Origin: Octopus sinensis
Taxonomy: Eukaryota
Length of the DNA: 64,000 bases
Direction of reading: 5' to 3'
Assembly (NCBI RefSeq): GCF_006345805.1
Contig: NC_043004.1
Coordinates: 66,402,001 to 66,466,000 of the forward strand
Shown here: positions 1-13,069 of the stretch, piece by piece
Numbering within the stretch: position 1 is the stretch's first letter
Layout: each line of letters opens with the position of its first letter
Notes under the pieces: model-generated
Told to the model about the DNA's origin: nothing
Database searches by the model: none
What the model saw: only the letters and a program-made list of their open reading frames with translations
Made by a program: the position numbers and the translations under genes

Positions 1-1
1 A

Positions 2-544
2 CAATGGAATTACTCCTCACGGCTTATTATTACCACAAAGGAAAATTATAATTTCGTAATCAGCCTTTTTGAGCACATAATTGAAAATCCTGAAGTATGG
101 GATGATACCACCATAAATTCAACAATTGGATTCTTACACACTTTAAAAGCTCCTGATATCTTATTTTTGTTAGAAGTATGGAGTGAGATTTTTTCTTTTA
201 CTGACGTTTTATTTAATATCCTCCAGAGTAAAAGTCATGACATAGTGTATTGTAAAGAGCAAATAGATAAAACTAGAACTGTACTCGAAAACAAACTTGA
301 TAATTTTTCAATATTTTATATGTTAGAAGGAAAATATGGTGTCGATGCAGGAATCGGAATTCAGAGATCCAAGAATATATCTATTGAGCCCCAACGACAT
401 TATAAAATGCTTTATAACAAAATTATCAGTACAATAGTTGACCAAATAAAAGCACGATATTCACCCTTAGAAGAGTTTAAATTCATGGAACTTTCGAATT
501 TCAACAAATTTGATGAGTATTGCAAACAATTTAAAAATCATGGG
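2..544 (+). pseudogene. hAT-type transposase fragment (ZMYM1/hAT-like C-terminal half)
   Basis: Frame is open from position 2 and reads QWNYSSRL...FLLEVWSEIFSFTDVLFNILQSK, resembling the hAT (T)RWN motif and the downstream FLL..F..IF..T..LF..LQ block. The track ORF 167-694 runs on into a MITE after 544. Confidence 0.62.
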
Positions 545-751
545 TACTATTTAAGAAGAGTGGTCCCGGTGTGTGCACCCGAGCATCAACGCCAGTTAGT
601 CGTGACTAGTCGATCCTTACTTTGTGTTTTTGTGTTTTATATATTTTGCTTAAAAAATTTATTTACTTTGCTAGATAGTCGTAGGATCGACTAGTCACTA
701 GCCAGCGCGGATGCGCGAGCGCGGCAACGGGACCACTCTTCTTAAATAGTA
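545..751. mobile_element. TA-flanked MITE with 24-bp perfect terminal inverted repeats and an inner inverted repeat
   Basis: tactatttaagaagagtggtcccg (545-568) is the exact reverse complement of 728-751. Inner IR gtgactagtcgatcct is at 602-617 / 683-698. TA at both ends. Confidence 0.85.
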
Positions 752-2162
752 TCAGGGCGACGTTTTTTTTTATTCTAGGTTATATGGGGGTGATTGCATA
801 TTCAGAATCTCCCATATGTAAATCGTAGGAATTCGAAAATCATTTTACTGAAACATTGCCGGAGGAGGGAAGGCAAAGAGATACATTGCATGCCCAACCC
901 CGGAAGTCACCGCACGCCACTGATATATATATATATATATATATATTTATTTATTTATTTATTTATATATGTATATGTATATATGTATATGTACATGTAT
1001 ATATATATGTGTGTATATATATATGTGTATATGTATGTGTATACATATATATATACACACACACACACACATATATATATATACATATATATACGTGCAT
1101 GCGTCTGTATGTGACCGAAATTTTGTGCGTGCTTTATCAATATGAGCATGTGCATTCTGCATGGTAGCGCAAAAGTATATAAACATGTGCTTGTTACATG
1201 CTTCTTGTAGGTTCGTTATAAATATGTAGACGGCGCTACTATAACTGAGAGGGCGATCTATAAATTAATAACAAAATGTGAGAATATTTAAAACTTATAT
1301 TCTTCAAAAATATCGTTTTGGCTGAAGGAGAGAGAGAAGGAAACATAGAGATCTGTTGAGTGCAACGAAATGTTTATTCAGATTTGGAATATTCATTTGG
1401 CGTTATCTTTTCTTAACATTGCACTTATAATTTCAGAATATGAAAGAGATCTGTATTTCCTTTAATTTCATGTCATGGATAATAATTGTTCCAACAATAT
1501 AACGAGATTAATTCAAGCTATATTCTTCTCTCACCTCCCGCTTCTTTCTTCACAATAGAAATAAAAGAAAACTGCATGGTCTCGTGAACATGTTATATAT
1601 AAAACACACCAGGCATATTAATTTGTGAAAACTAGAAACATATTGATAATGGAACAACAATTATGGAATCAAATATTTCAGAAATCGATAGAAATACAGT
1701 GTTACACATGAATCATTGAACGTATTTCTGGAACAAAGGAAAATATGAATGCAACACATTAAGACAAAATTATCATTTCAAACGACATGTTTTGCTAAGA
1801 CACTCTACAGAAGCATATCGACAGATTTCATTATGAAATGCACCGGGTTTATTTCGAAGATAATACATTCATCACTTATTGAATATACAGTGTATACTAT
1901 TAAATGTACTCGCATAAAAGTATGTATATGTCAACCTGTCGGACTGTCTGTCTGTATGTACGAGTGTGTGAGTCTGTAATTGTGTGTACAATTATGCATG
2001 TATTTATAAAATTATGAACTGTAAATCCACTATCTTTTTCCTGGTATTCCTTAATTCCAAATCGAAATTTCTGATCCCGCTTCTTTTTCTGGAGTGTTAC
2101 GTCCCTTATTTTTCGTGGCCCGAATGCAAATGATTCTACATGCTTATAAACACACAAACACA

Positions 2163-2211
<49 letters not shown>

Positions 2212-2744
2212 CCAGAGATATATTATACATACATGCCTGCACATAGACGTGCATATAAGGAAATATTGCAAATGACTTGTTACAGAAATCTCCAATACAG
2301 CGTTAGAATTACTTTTGGCTTAATTCTTAATCATTCTACATTATAAATAGTCAAGATGATATATCGTTTGTCTTAAACCCGTTTACTTACACAACGTACC
2401 CTCATCTATTAAAATTCTACTCTCGACTAATTTCTAATTACTTTTGTTTTTATAATTATTATACATATATTAGGCTAAGGAGCCTTGTATAATTCCCTGT
2501 TATATACTAAGTCGTGCATTTTGTTGCACACCTGAAGAAAATTTGTTTTATATTGGTAGTACATTTCTATTATGTTACTAATTACTTTCTCATTTAAGTA
2601 TTCTTAATGCGTAAGTTAAATATTACGATGACACCTTCCTTCAAATTCATTCATTAGTTAATGCTATTTGAAACAAAACGCTCGAACGCGTGAACACCGT
2701 GACGAACAGTATAATGTACACCATTATGTTAAATACATTTAAAA

Positions 2745-2860
2745 GGTGGCAGAATCGTTAGCACGCCGGTCGAAATGCTTATTGGGTTTGTAGCCTGTTT
2801 TGGTTTTATGCGTTCAAATTTCGCCGAGGGCGACTTATTATTGCGTGATCGATAAAACCA
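2745..2860 (+). mobile_element. SINE 5' fragment (ggcagaatcgttagcacgccgg family)
   Basis: Matches the head of the copies at 51612, 42378 (-) and 61027. Confidence 0.6.
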
Positions 2861-4624
2861 GGACGGCCATGTTATGTTGGCAAACAATATTTACTACCAA
2901 TTTTGGTTTGTTTATTTTAGCATATATTATATTCATAGCATATTATGTTATAATATCATATAAGTAATTGGATTCGCAATTTTATCTCTCTATTTAATTT
3001 ATTGTTTATACATTTACATACATACATATATACACATTTCTATGCACTCGAAACGTGAGGCGTAAAACACTATCTGAACAATTTGTGGCTGTGCACTGAT
3101 GCTACAGACGTAGGACACGCATTTCATTCAAGGTTCTTGCGTACGATGGAATTCACTTTATTTAATTCCGTGGCTTAGCATTGCATCATACTTATATGAC
3201 GAGAAATTATATTAAAAATGAATGTGTCCATTGAACCGTCATATTAAAACTGCTTATTGTCAAATTATCGATGAAGCTCTCATTTCCCAGTAACTATTTC
3301 AGTAGAGTTACATCATTACCCAGTCTACCAGACAATCATCATCTTCACCTTCTAATACTCTCTCGCTAAGGGCAAACATTCGCTACGGTACGCTTCGCTT
3401 TGTCGTCACTCAAATAATATTTAGTTCAATTCATTGTTACTGGGGTAGACGCAGAAGACAATGCATTCCAGGTTGTTAAGATGAAGAAAAAAAAACTACT
3501 CTCGATCTTCAATGCATAAATATTTATATTCAGTTTTAACAAAATAAATGCTATTGGTTCTAATAACGACAGGGAAATAATGTTTACACTATGGCAGTGC
3601 GAAGCTTATATTAGGCGTTGTTGTATTCGGCTTGATAGTATTTGCCATCGTGTGTTTCTTGCAATTAGTTGGTCATGAGGTGTTGTTGCTATGCCGTCAA
3701 TTATCTATGATTGTGACATCGGTCTAGTCTTCTGTTTTATTGTCACTGCCTGCTCTAGCTTCCAATCCGCTATCTTGTGGTCAAGATGCGCTGAATATTT
3801 AGTGATAAAGCGTGGTACAGATGAAATGTTATAAGATCGAATTCGACAGGATCTCTTGAGTGGTCAGATATTTTGGAGACATTGGTAGCAGTTAAGTGAA
3901 TCGAAATCGTGTTCTTTAGATGGTGTTCACTTCATATATAATGATCCGGTTTCGATTTCTAAATTTTGCTAACCCTAAATATTCCTGCTGCAATGTATAA
4001 AAGGTTTCAACCGGAATACGCACATGCTAATTAATCTTGTGTCCCTACTACTCATTAAGGTTTATTTCTTTGATAAATGTCACTATTCGACTATCTCTCT
4101 GGATAAGACAAGTCACGCTTAATCTTCGGCAAAGGAAGATGGATTATAATACTTGGTTTTTTAAATTATATTAAAAAATTAACTTTAACAAATACAAATA
4201 TTTGCGTAAGGCGCTGTTGAGTGTGAAGCGTTTAAATAGAATATGAATAAATATTTACATACCAATGTTAATTAAATAAGCCATACTACATATCAATGCC
4301 CTTTCAGCTTATGATTATATCTCAATAGGTTTTGTTATTCTGTTAATGTACAAAAAAAATATAACACATTGTTATAATTCAGTTCTGAAGATGGTATTTC
4401 CTTCTATATCATTCACAAATAATTGTTCGTATACTCTAAGACACACGCCTGAGATCCACAAAATGTGGTTATTTTCAACAACGCCCTGGTCGAAGCTATC
4501 AAGAAACCATGTGCATATATCTTTTCATAAAAATTTAGATTAAAATGCAATTTTTGTTAAACCAATAGCATCTATTTGGCTTGGTGTTGCAAAAAATGAT
4601 ACTAGGTTCCATGCTGGGATGTAT

Positions 4625-4703
4625 AATATATATATATATATATATATGTGTGGTGTGTGTGTGTGTGTGCTTGTATACGTATGTATGTGTACGTATGTAT
4701 AAG

Positions 4704-4773
<70 letters not shown>

Positions 4774-4800
4774 TATATATATTATATATATATATATATA
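4625..4800. repeat. (TA)n/(TG)n microsatellite
   Basis: Direct reading. Confidence 0.95.
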
Positions 4801-5196
4801 CTAGCAGTATCGCCCGGCGTTGCTCGGCGTTGTAAGGGAAATAACTATATAAGCATTTTTAGAGAGTTATAGACAAAAAATAGCAAAAAAATGCATTAAA
4901 AATTGAAAAAAAATTAAGGTAAATTTTTTTAAAAAATCGTTGACACATCGTAGATATTTTTAGAGAGTTACTTCCCTTATATAAAAGCGAAAAAAATGCA
5001 TTAAAATGGAAAAATATGATGGTAATTTTTTTAAAATCGTAGACTCATCGTAGACGCGCGCTAATACCCAGAAGGGCTCGATATGAATAACGACTATAAG
5101 ATACCCGCTTTTGGTGAAACTGCACCGCAAAATGTGGGAGTAGTTAGGAATCTAAATCGAAGGGGACAGACACACAACTTCACTCTTATATAAAGA
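4801..5196 (-). mobile_element. Non-autonomous Helitron
   Basis: Minus strand begins A|TC (5197|5196) and ends CTAG|T (4801|4800). A GC-rich hairpin-like ccgagcaacgccgg lies just upstream of CTAG. Two internal ~100-bp tandem units at about 4856-4953 and 4955-5054. Confidence 0.7.
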
Positions 5197-5197
5197 T

Positions 5198-5977
5198 GCT
5201 TTTTTGTTTTCAGTCATAGAGTTAGATTTATGAAGGTCTTCAGTAGAAAATCCTTCGAATTCTGACTCGTTGCTTGATATAATGAAATTCGTATCCATTT
5301 TTTGTCAGAATTACAAATTTTGAAAACATAATAGGAACAAATTTCGGAAAAAAATCTCCAATAATTCACGGAATTAAAATTACACTTCGATTTTTGTACA
5401 AAACTGTATTTGAAGTGTTTACGAAGTATAATACGTGTTTTCACGAATGTACTAAAGAGATTTACTCTGATATTCTCATTTAAATATGAATAGGTAAATT
5501 CGGGCGGTTTGGTAACGAAAGGTTTATATAAGTGTCGTCTGTTTATACATAAACACTGTTTCATACTTTCAGTTTAGTCTTCCTCAAATCACTCTGTCGC
5601 TAATTTACTCTCTTCCAAGAACATTTTCACTCACTGTTGTCTGTTAGCTTCCCATACATTTTACTCATGTATCTATCAGCGTGATAGAGAGAAACAAATA
5701 TTACATCTAGTTTCACTTTATTCGTTACACACTGTGTGTGTGCGTTTGCGTGTGGTATAAACCAGACTAAGAAAAGCATTTGACACACACACCAGAATGT
5801 GAGTTTTCTGTAAATTTTGCTTAATTGGAGTTTAAATTTTAAAAACTGGACCTGGCATGACGCGATGCATTGTACTCTTAAAAATGCTATGTAAATTGTA
5901 ATTGAAGAAATCCTATATTGTAGATTTCTATAACTCCCAAAGGGAGGCAGATAAAATCTGCCTTATATAATAAGAGA
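5198..5977 (-). mobile_element. Second Helitron-like 5' segment abutting the first (possible composite Helitron)
   Basis: Minus strand begins A|TCTCTTATTATATA followed by the palindrome aggcagat-ttt-atctgcct (5945-5963). No separate CTAG terminus seen before the first Helitron. Confidence 0.5.
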
Positions 5978-6166
5978 TGTATATATATTATATATATATA
6001 TATATATTATATATATATATATATATATGTATACATATATATATATAGATGTATATATATATATACATTTATATGTATATGCATACATATGTTTATATAT
6101 ATACATATATGTATATATATAATATATATACATATATGTATATATATATATATAAATATGTATATA

Positions 6167-6246
<80 letters not shown>
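5978..6246. repeat. (TA)n microsatellite
   Basis: Direct reading. Confidence 0.95.
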
Positions 6247-6249
<3 letters not shown>

Positions 6250-6454
6250 AGATTTATGTGCTATATCCAAATTTGGTCAAATGCTTCTTTTTCAATATAT
6301 ATTTTGGCCTGCAATAGACGATTCTTTCGGTCAAACTATCGTCTCTCCAGCTGCTTCAGATGCCAAGTTATCAAATATTATCAAAGCGTAGTATAGCGGC
6401 TTCACTCTGAAATGGTGAAAACATAATTTCATTTTCTAAAAACGCAACGTTATA

Positions 6455-6542
6455 TGCATATATAGTGCCTGAGTAGTTCCGGATTCAGTCCCAAAAGGTT
6501 TGTGAGTGGACTTGGTAGAAGGAGACTGAAGGAAGCCCGTCG

Positions 6543-6587
<45 letters not shown>

Positions 6588-6845
6588 ATATATATATATA
6601 TACATATGTATACAACTCTCTCTATATATCCATTCATATGTTTGTGTGTATGTGTTTATCCACACGCCATCGCATGACAACCGACGTTGGTGTGTTTACA
6701 TCCCCGTAACTTACGATTCATCAAAAGAGATCCATAGAATAAGAACTAGGCTTACAAACAATACGTCCTGGGACGATTTGTTCAACTAAAGGCGGTGCTC
6801 CAGCATGGCCGCAGTCAAATGACTGAAACAAATAAAGGAATGAAA
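6455..6845 (+). mobile_element. tRNA-headed SINE with internal (TA)n and CR1-like 3' tail
   Basis: B-box-like ggattcagtccc, internal microsatellite at 6542-6650, tail ggcggtgctccagcatggccgcagtcaaatgactgaaac. Homologous to 32455-32832 (-) and 46020-46330 (-). Confidence 0.75.
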
Positions 6846-6929
6846 GAATATATATGTGCGTGCGTACTTTTGTGTGGTGGGTTGCGTGGGTGTGTGTGTT
6901 TCACGCTGTATCACATCGTCCAGATGATG

Positions 6930-7870
6930 AGGTGCTATGAAACACCGCTGGTCACAAGTGCAGTTTCATTCCAATTCTGTCTTGCTTGACTCAAATAGTG
7001 TAAATAAATATCGTCTTGCCTTCACCACAGAGGCTTTCTAAGTGATCATTTGGGATCTCTTGGATAGCTCTCGGCAACTACGCAATTTGACCTGATGTCT
7101 GTGTGCCTGGCGGCATTTTTGGCATAGTGGACCTTGTGCTTGCTTTCTCTATTCTGCGATCACATTGTTCATTCCGCTCCATTTAGAATATGTTCAGTAT
7201 TGGTATTTCTAGCATGGATCTTTTCATGGCTACTTGTGTCGTAGCGAATCAATCTTCTTCGTAGTTGACCATTTGTTATTTGTTTATAAGAGCGTATGTA
7301 GGACGGTGCACTTGAATAGTGCACTACATATGGTATTGTCTGTGTATGTTTTAGCATATCCCCTATTGCAATAAAGACCTTCTACCCTGCCCTTACTCAC
7401 TTTGTGATTTCAGCACCCGTATTTCGTTGCATGCGCACTGTGTGTCGTAAGCGGACGTACTCATTTACATCCTCGATTTCATCGGATCCCACCTATATTC
7501 GGCCTTCTACAACCGTTTCCGACTGCATATATTTTGCATTCATGCAGCGCATTGTAAGGCCTATTGCTAAGCTATGCTTGTTCAGCTCTGTCAGCATGGT
7601 CTGCAGCTGGTCTATGGTTTCAGCGAATATTACAGTGTCATTGCGAACCAAATGTGTGCTAGTTGCCCATCATAGATGTTTGCTCCACTTATCCAATCAA
7701 TATTGCTAATGACAAATTCGAGACATACACTAAAGAGTTTTGGAGAGATGGTATCTCCTTGTCCGAAACTCTTCTGATTTGGAAGTCTTGTTGTTAATAG
7801 CAGAGCTATATCTGTTATGCCTCTATATTTCGCATCTATGTGCATTTTGATGTATTGTTTCTCCGCACCT
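6930..7870 (-). mobile_element. RTE-clade LINE, degenerate RT and 3' end
   Basis: ORF 7630-7845 contains GQGDTISPKLFSVCLE, the RTE-type QGDTISPKLF motif. Downstream frames read ADDTVIFAETMLTELNKHSLAIGL with stops and frameshifts. Confidence 0.75.
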
Positions 7871-9246
7871 TGTACTTTCTCATTTTATATACATGTATCT
7901 ATTTACATATGTATACTGGCACATAAAATATGTCAAATCTTCAATTCGATTCAAATCCTTCTTAATATTAAATAGCATACGTTTTCATATTTTTCAGTTG
8001 CATCCACATGTCATTCCACCTCAGTGGTACGAATGGGGTCTTTGAGTTGGAGACATCAAAAATATTCGGGTAAGAGCGTATTTGGCGATATACGTACCGT
8101 TTTAAATGAATATCAAGATCCTTTCAGGCTGCAATCATTGTTCTTTTTATTTTCGGAAAAGAACATATAAAAATACATTTTGAACAAGATCACTTACCGA
8201 ATACATATGTGCGTATATGCACATACGCACACGCAATCACATACATACACACGCACACATAAGCTCATGCACATATATTTATAAATATATATGTATTTGT
8301 GTGGGTGTGTGTATGCATGCGTGTGTGTATTTTTCTGCGGGTGTAGAGCGCGATGGATTTTGTTGTTATTATTCGCTTTACTGTTCAGATTTTTATTCAA
8401 TTCCCGAACACGATTAAGTGAAACATTATTTATCATATATACTATATACTTATACTGAAACAGTAATATACAACAGGCGCCCCTGGAAGCCCAAACATAT
8501 GAACTCTCATCTACAATGCTTTATGTATACACAGAAACGCACGCGCGCAGACGCACAGACAGATGCGCACACACACACACATACGTATAAGCATACGGAC
8601 GTAAATACCCTTCTCTTTGTTGGTCTGTATATATGTTGTAAATATATATATATACGTATATATAGCTAGCTTTCTCTGACTGTTTCCCTGACTTTACACA
8701 CATCCATACACACACATACTGAATAGAAAAAAAATACAAGCGTTTAAGCAGCAAATGACGGGGGGATTTTCGTGAGTTTTCGATTATTCTGATATATTCA
8801 ATTAATTTTACTACAATGCTGTAAATCTCGTGACATGGTGGATGACAGGTCAATTAAGAAGTTAATCTGCTTAGTTAATCTGTTAACAAATCTTATCATC
8901 TAATTTGACATGAATGCCTGCGAACCTTAATTTCAATTGAATTAATTTTCATTCGTGGATACATCTCCTGATTGTATGGCAGAGAAAATCTATTACCTGC
9001 AACAACACTAATTGCATAATACTGAGATAGACTTAATTTGCACACCTGTAAATGACTGAGAATAATAATGAGCGTGTGTGAGTGTGTGTGCGAATGCGTG
9101 TGAATGTGTGTGTGTGTCAATAAATGTAAGTATGTATGTGTATGTGAGTTTGCTTGAGTGATGGTTGGAATATATTTGTAATTGTAATGAAGGGCATATA
9201 TGAATACTAGGGAATATCCATCGCTTTGATGGACCATATATACATA

Positions 9247-9288
<42 letters not shown>

Positions 9289-9396
9289 ATATATATATGT
9301 GTGTATGTGTGCTTGTATATATATATGTATATATATATATATATATAATATATATATGTACATATACACACACACATATATAACATACGTGCAAGC

Positions 9397-9429
<33 letters not shown>

Positions 9430-9639
9430 ATATATAATATATATATATATACACGTGCGTATTTAAACATACACACAAACAACACACATATATAGGTGTA
9501 TGTATGCATATACCCACACATACATATTATGTATGTGTGTGTGTTTATACATGGCGTGAAAGATAGTGAGAGAGAGGCACACACAGTAAGGTAGTTGGGG
9601 AGAAAGAGAGACAGATAGAGAATGAAAGATGGAGTGAGA

Positions 9640-9716
9640 AAGAGAAAGAAAGAAAGAACGAAAGAAAGAAAGGAAGAAAGAAGAAATAAAGAAAGGAAGA
9701 AAGAAAGAAAGAAGGA

Positions 9717-9760
<44 letters not shown>

Positions 9761-9775
9761 GTGAAAGAAAGAAAA
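9640..9775. repeat. (AAAG)n microsatellite
   Basis: Direct reading. Confidence 0.95.
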
Positions 9776-11141
9776 AAACAAAGAAATATTCATTCATACA
9801 AGTGCAACAACATCTACATGTACAGAAATTTATATCTTGTAATAATCCCATTATCTATTCCATGCATTATGTCTACACCCAGCCACCAGCATAAAATTCA
9901 ACCGCATTCGCATACATCCATTATTGTACTACAGTAATTATCTATAAATTTTAGTACCTGAATATCTTGTAATTTTAAACAGGAACTAGGAGGACACAGA
10001 TATTGAGCAATGTAGAAGTGGTTTCAATCCTGCATTACACTTGAATCAGGCAATAATCCATTTATTACGCCTATTATAATATAGTACAACTTCGTTATAA
10101 ACGAATGTTAACGTAGCTTTAAATTTTGAGTAGTACTAAGTGCCTAGAAAGCTTATATATATAAAAAAAAACTATTCTATTCAATCTTATTCTGTAATGA
10201 TACTGAGTTTATAATGAACGTATTTGTGGACGGTTAGTGATGAATTACCAACACTGAAAGTATATTTCTGCTCAAGAAAATACTGTATAGAAAGTAAGGC
10301 GTCTACGTTTATCCATACATGTAATAATAATCATAGTTATAAATGTGTACTGTAGTAAAATTTTTTATTAATGACCAACAATGCACCACTATATTTTTCT
10401 GTATACACATGTACACGCGTTCGCACATACACGCACTCACACACATACACACTCAGAAACACACACACATACACACACACACTCGTACAAAAACACAGTG
10501 CATATTCACTGCAGTATGAAGGAAAGACAGTGAGAGAAAGAGTACATAATAGTAAAGTTTATTTACGAACAGCATGTGGCAGTGCTATATAAGGATGATA
10601 ATGCTGTTGATTAACCCCAGGAAAAATTTTTACCAGTTGGCTGTCGACACACAGATTGTGTCCGTCTCGTGTAAGCAAGGGATGTCATGCCCCCCCCATA
10701 CATACGTATATATATATACATATAGATATACATTCATACATATATATAAAGTAGAAAACAACCACCTTTTATAAATTCAATAATGAAAAATTTAATTATA
10801 CCATTTAGAAAATATACATAAAATAGAAATATTAAATATAAGATAAAACATATAGCAATGATTAAGTAATGAGCAAAATAATAAATAAACGTATATAATT
10901 GGTAGAATAACAACACGTGTTTTGTGGCTATATTTAAGAAAAGATAATATTAATAATAATAATAAAATCACTTCAAAATAAATATACCCACTCTTCAGGT
11001 TAAAGATGAAAACAATAAAATCATTAATTAGATAAATTAATAAATATACGTAAATATATATATATGTATGTATATATATATATATAATTAGTGAGGGAAG
11101 AAATGGAGCTGAACGAAGATTTTAGAAAATTCCTTTTTATT

Positions 11142-11227
11142 ATTTTCTACATATGTTTCAAAGGCTGCAACGTCCCTAATTCGGATTGAATAAGGAGACC
11201 ATTTTGCAGCTTTCTCTTCAGAAAAAT
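11142..11227 (-). ncRNA. Type I hammerhead ribozyme fold (left arm)
   Basis: Minus strand: auuuuu-CUGAAGA-stem II (gaaagcugcaa/uugcagccuuu)-GAAAC-auau-GUA-gaaaau. Confidence 0.72.
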
Positions 11228-11320
11228 CCTGGAACTTAAATCTCCAACAAAATGCGCAGCAAGCTTTTCGACAAACGCTCTCTAGGAGCCCATGGTATGA
11301 ATGGCACAAAACTGTCTCTC

Positions 11321-11510
11321 TTATTTTCAAACTTTATAAATGATTTTCTGGCGACTAGAATTATATCAATTTCTTCTCTAGTGAGACCTACCTTATTATG
11401 TGCATGCCACAGGGCCTTATTGAGTACACTAGGGTTAATTGAGGGGTAGAAATTAGCAATATCGAACTGAATGAACTTAGTTCGGTTTTTATTATGGATA
11501 GAAGAGAACA
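11321..11510 (-). pseudogene. Penelope-like reverse transcriptase fragment
   Basis: SSIHNKNRTKFIQFDIANFYPSINPSVLNKALWHAHNKVGLTREEIDIILVARKSFIKFENK, nearly identical in protein to 38320-38495. Confidence 0.88.
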
Positions 11511-11682
11511 ACTGTACTGGATTTTCACCTCGAATTATCTCAACGGACTTTTTCGTCGGCTTTCACCCAGCCCGACGTCAACGCATATTGAGAGACAGTT
11601 TTGTGCCATTCATACCATGGGCTCCTAGAGAGCGTTTGTCGAAAAGCTTGCTGCGCATTTTGTTGGAGATTTAAGTTCCTGG

Positions 11683-11768
11683 ATTTTCCTGAAGAGAAAG
11701 CTGCAAAATGGTCTCCTTATTCAATCCGAATTAGGGACTTTGCAGCCTTTGAAACATATGTAGAAAAT
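11683..11768 (+). ncRNA. Type I hammerhead ribozyme fold (right arm)
   Basis: Stem I attttc (11683-88)/gaaaat (11763-68), CTGAAGA 11689-95, stem II gaaagctgcaaa/tttgcagccttt, GAAA 11751-54, palindromic stem III acatatgt, GUA triplet ending 11762. Confidence 0.8.
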
Positions 11769-12012
11769 AATAAAAAGGAATTTTGTAAAATCTTCGTTCA
11801 GCTCCATTTCTTCCCTCACTAAATATATAAAATATATAAATCTTCAAATTTCCACACTAAGGCACGGTTTTGAGACCCCATAGTCGTAACCTCAACCGTG
11901 ATTTTTCTGTTGTGATTTTTGCTACCCCCGTATCGGTTATAATTTGAATAATCCGTAACAAGATAATTCATTTATCCATTTCAATATATATATATATATG
12001 TATGTATGTATA

Positions 12013-12114
<102 letters not shown>

Positions 12115-12115
12115 T

Positions 12116-12147
<32 letters not shown>

Positions 12148-12229
12148 ATATATATATATTTTATACTTACGAGAGGTATTGGTATCCAGAAGACCCAGAT
12201 GGCAGGTAAGGCTATGTAAGTGCTACGGG

Positions 12230-12680
12230 AGGACCACAGTCAGACGCTCGGTTCAGTAATAATACGCTTGACTGTTATTTCTGTCTATGTTCCTAATCTT
12301 GATAAAAGCAGCGAATCTTTTATGACTTTCTATGACGTTCTCAGATCGGTTTTGATTTCGATTCCAAATGCAGATGAGATCTTCCTTCTTGGCGATACCC
12401 ATGCTTGTGCTACATAATGATACCCGGGATGCACTGAGGAGACATGGTTTGGGAAAAATGAACGCTAATGGTCTCCGTCTTCAGTTTTGCACTGAACTTG
12501 ATCTCATCATCTGCAGCACTATTTTTCATCAGAAGGATAGCCATAAAGCTATCTGGACGCAACCAAGATCCCAACATTAGGATATTCTTGATTATTTTAC
12601 CGCCAGGAAACGAGACCTTCCTGATGTTTGCACTCTTCGAGTCATGCTGTTGTACTGACCATATGCCCACAGGCGGTAAA
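12230..12680 (+). mobile_element. RTE-type LINE AP-endonuclease fragment
   Basis: LTVISVYVP...DEIFLLGD and HGLGKMNANGLRLQFCTELDLIICSTIFHQKDSHKAIWTQPRSQH across frameshifts, resembling the RTE APE C-terminus. Confidence 0.65.
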
Positions 12681-12699
12681 TATCTTCAAGGAAATCAGC

Positions 12700-13065
12700 A
12701 TTAGCTTTTCCAGACGACTTCGGTCTCCAGACGTCTTGGGAATATCACCCAACTCTTCTGGAAGGTCTCCTTGTTTACGTTGGTAAATACTACCACAATC
12801 TTTGCCTTCAGTTTATCTTTCGTGTCACATGGAGTTTTGTTGGTCACTCGGTCAACTGCGCCCATAAATAATAAACAAGGGGATTGCAGTCTGGGGAGTT
12901 AGCAGGTCAGATGTTAGGAGTGATGTTGTCTCAGAAATTGTCTGAGAGCTTGTGTGGCATGGGGTAGAATCATGTAGCAAGACAGGATCCTCTAGCAACC
13001 ACCTTCTTGTCCGAAAACAGCAGTACCTCCTCCAGGCACTTAATGTAGGACTCCGTGCTGAGTCT
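12700..13065 (-). mobile_element. Tc1/mariner-superfamily transposase remnant
   Basis: Degenerate HDSTPCHTSSQT and TNKTPCDTKDKLKAKI, resembling the QDSAPCHTS...TNKTPCNTK region of Tc1/mariner transposases. Confidence 0.6.
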
Positions 13066-13069
13066 GAAG

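Larger units (their letters stand above)
11088..11822 (-). mobile_element. Internally deleted Penelope-like element with inverted terminal (pLTR) repeats
   Basis: Arms 11088-11320 and 11590-11822 are reverse complements (233 bp, 4 differences by manual alignment). The spacer holds a Penelope RT fragment. The arms are homologous to 35811-36060. Flanks are (TA)-rich. Confidence 0.85.

Noticed and set aside
4385-4510. CTGAAGA...GAAAC hammerhead-like motif
   Set aside because: Stem II is out of register, the triplet is GUG and there is no stem I. At best a decayed relic.
11601-11822. Duplicated 73-80 aa ORF (CHSYHGLLESV...) on both strands
   Set aside because: It is a chance reading of the inverted terminal repeat. 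The homologous repeat at 35811-36060 does not keep this peptide.
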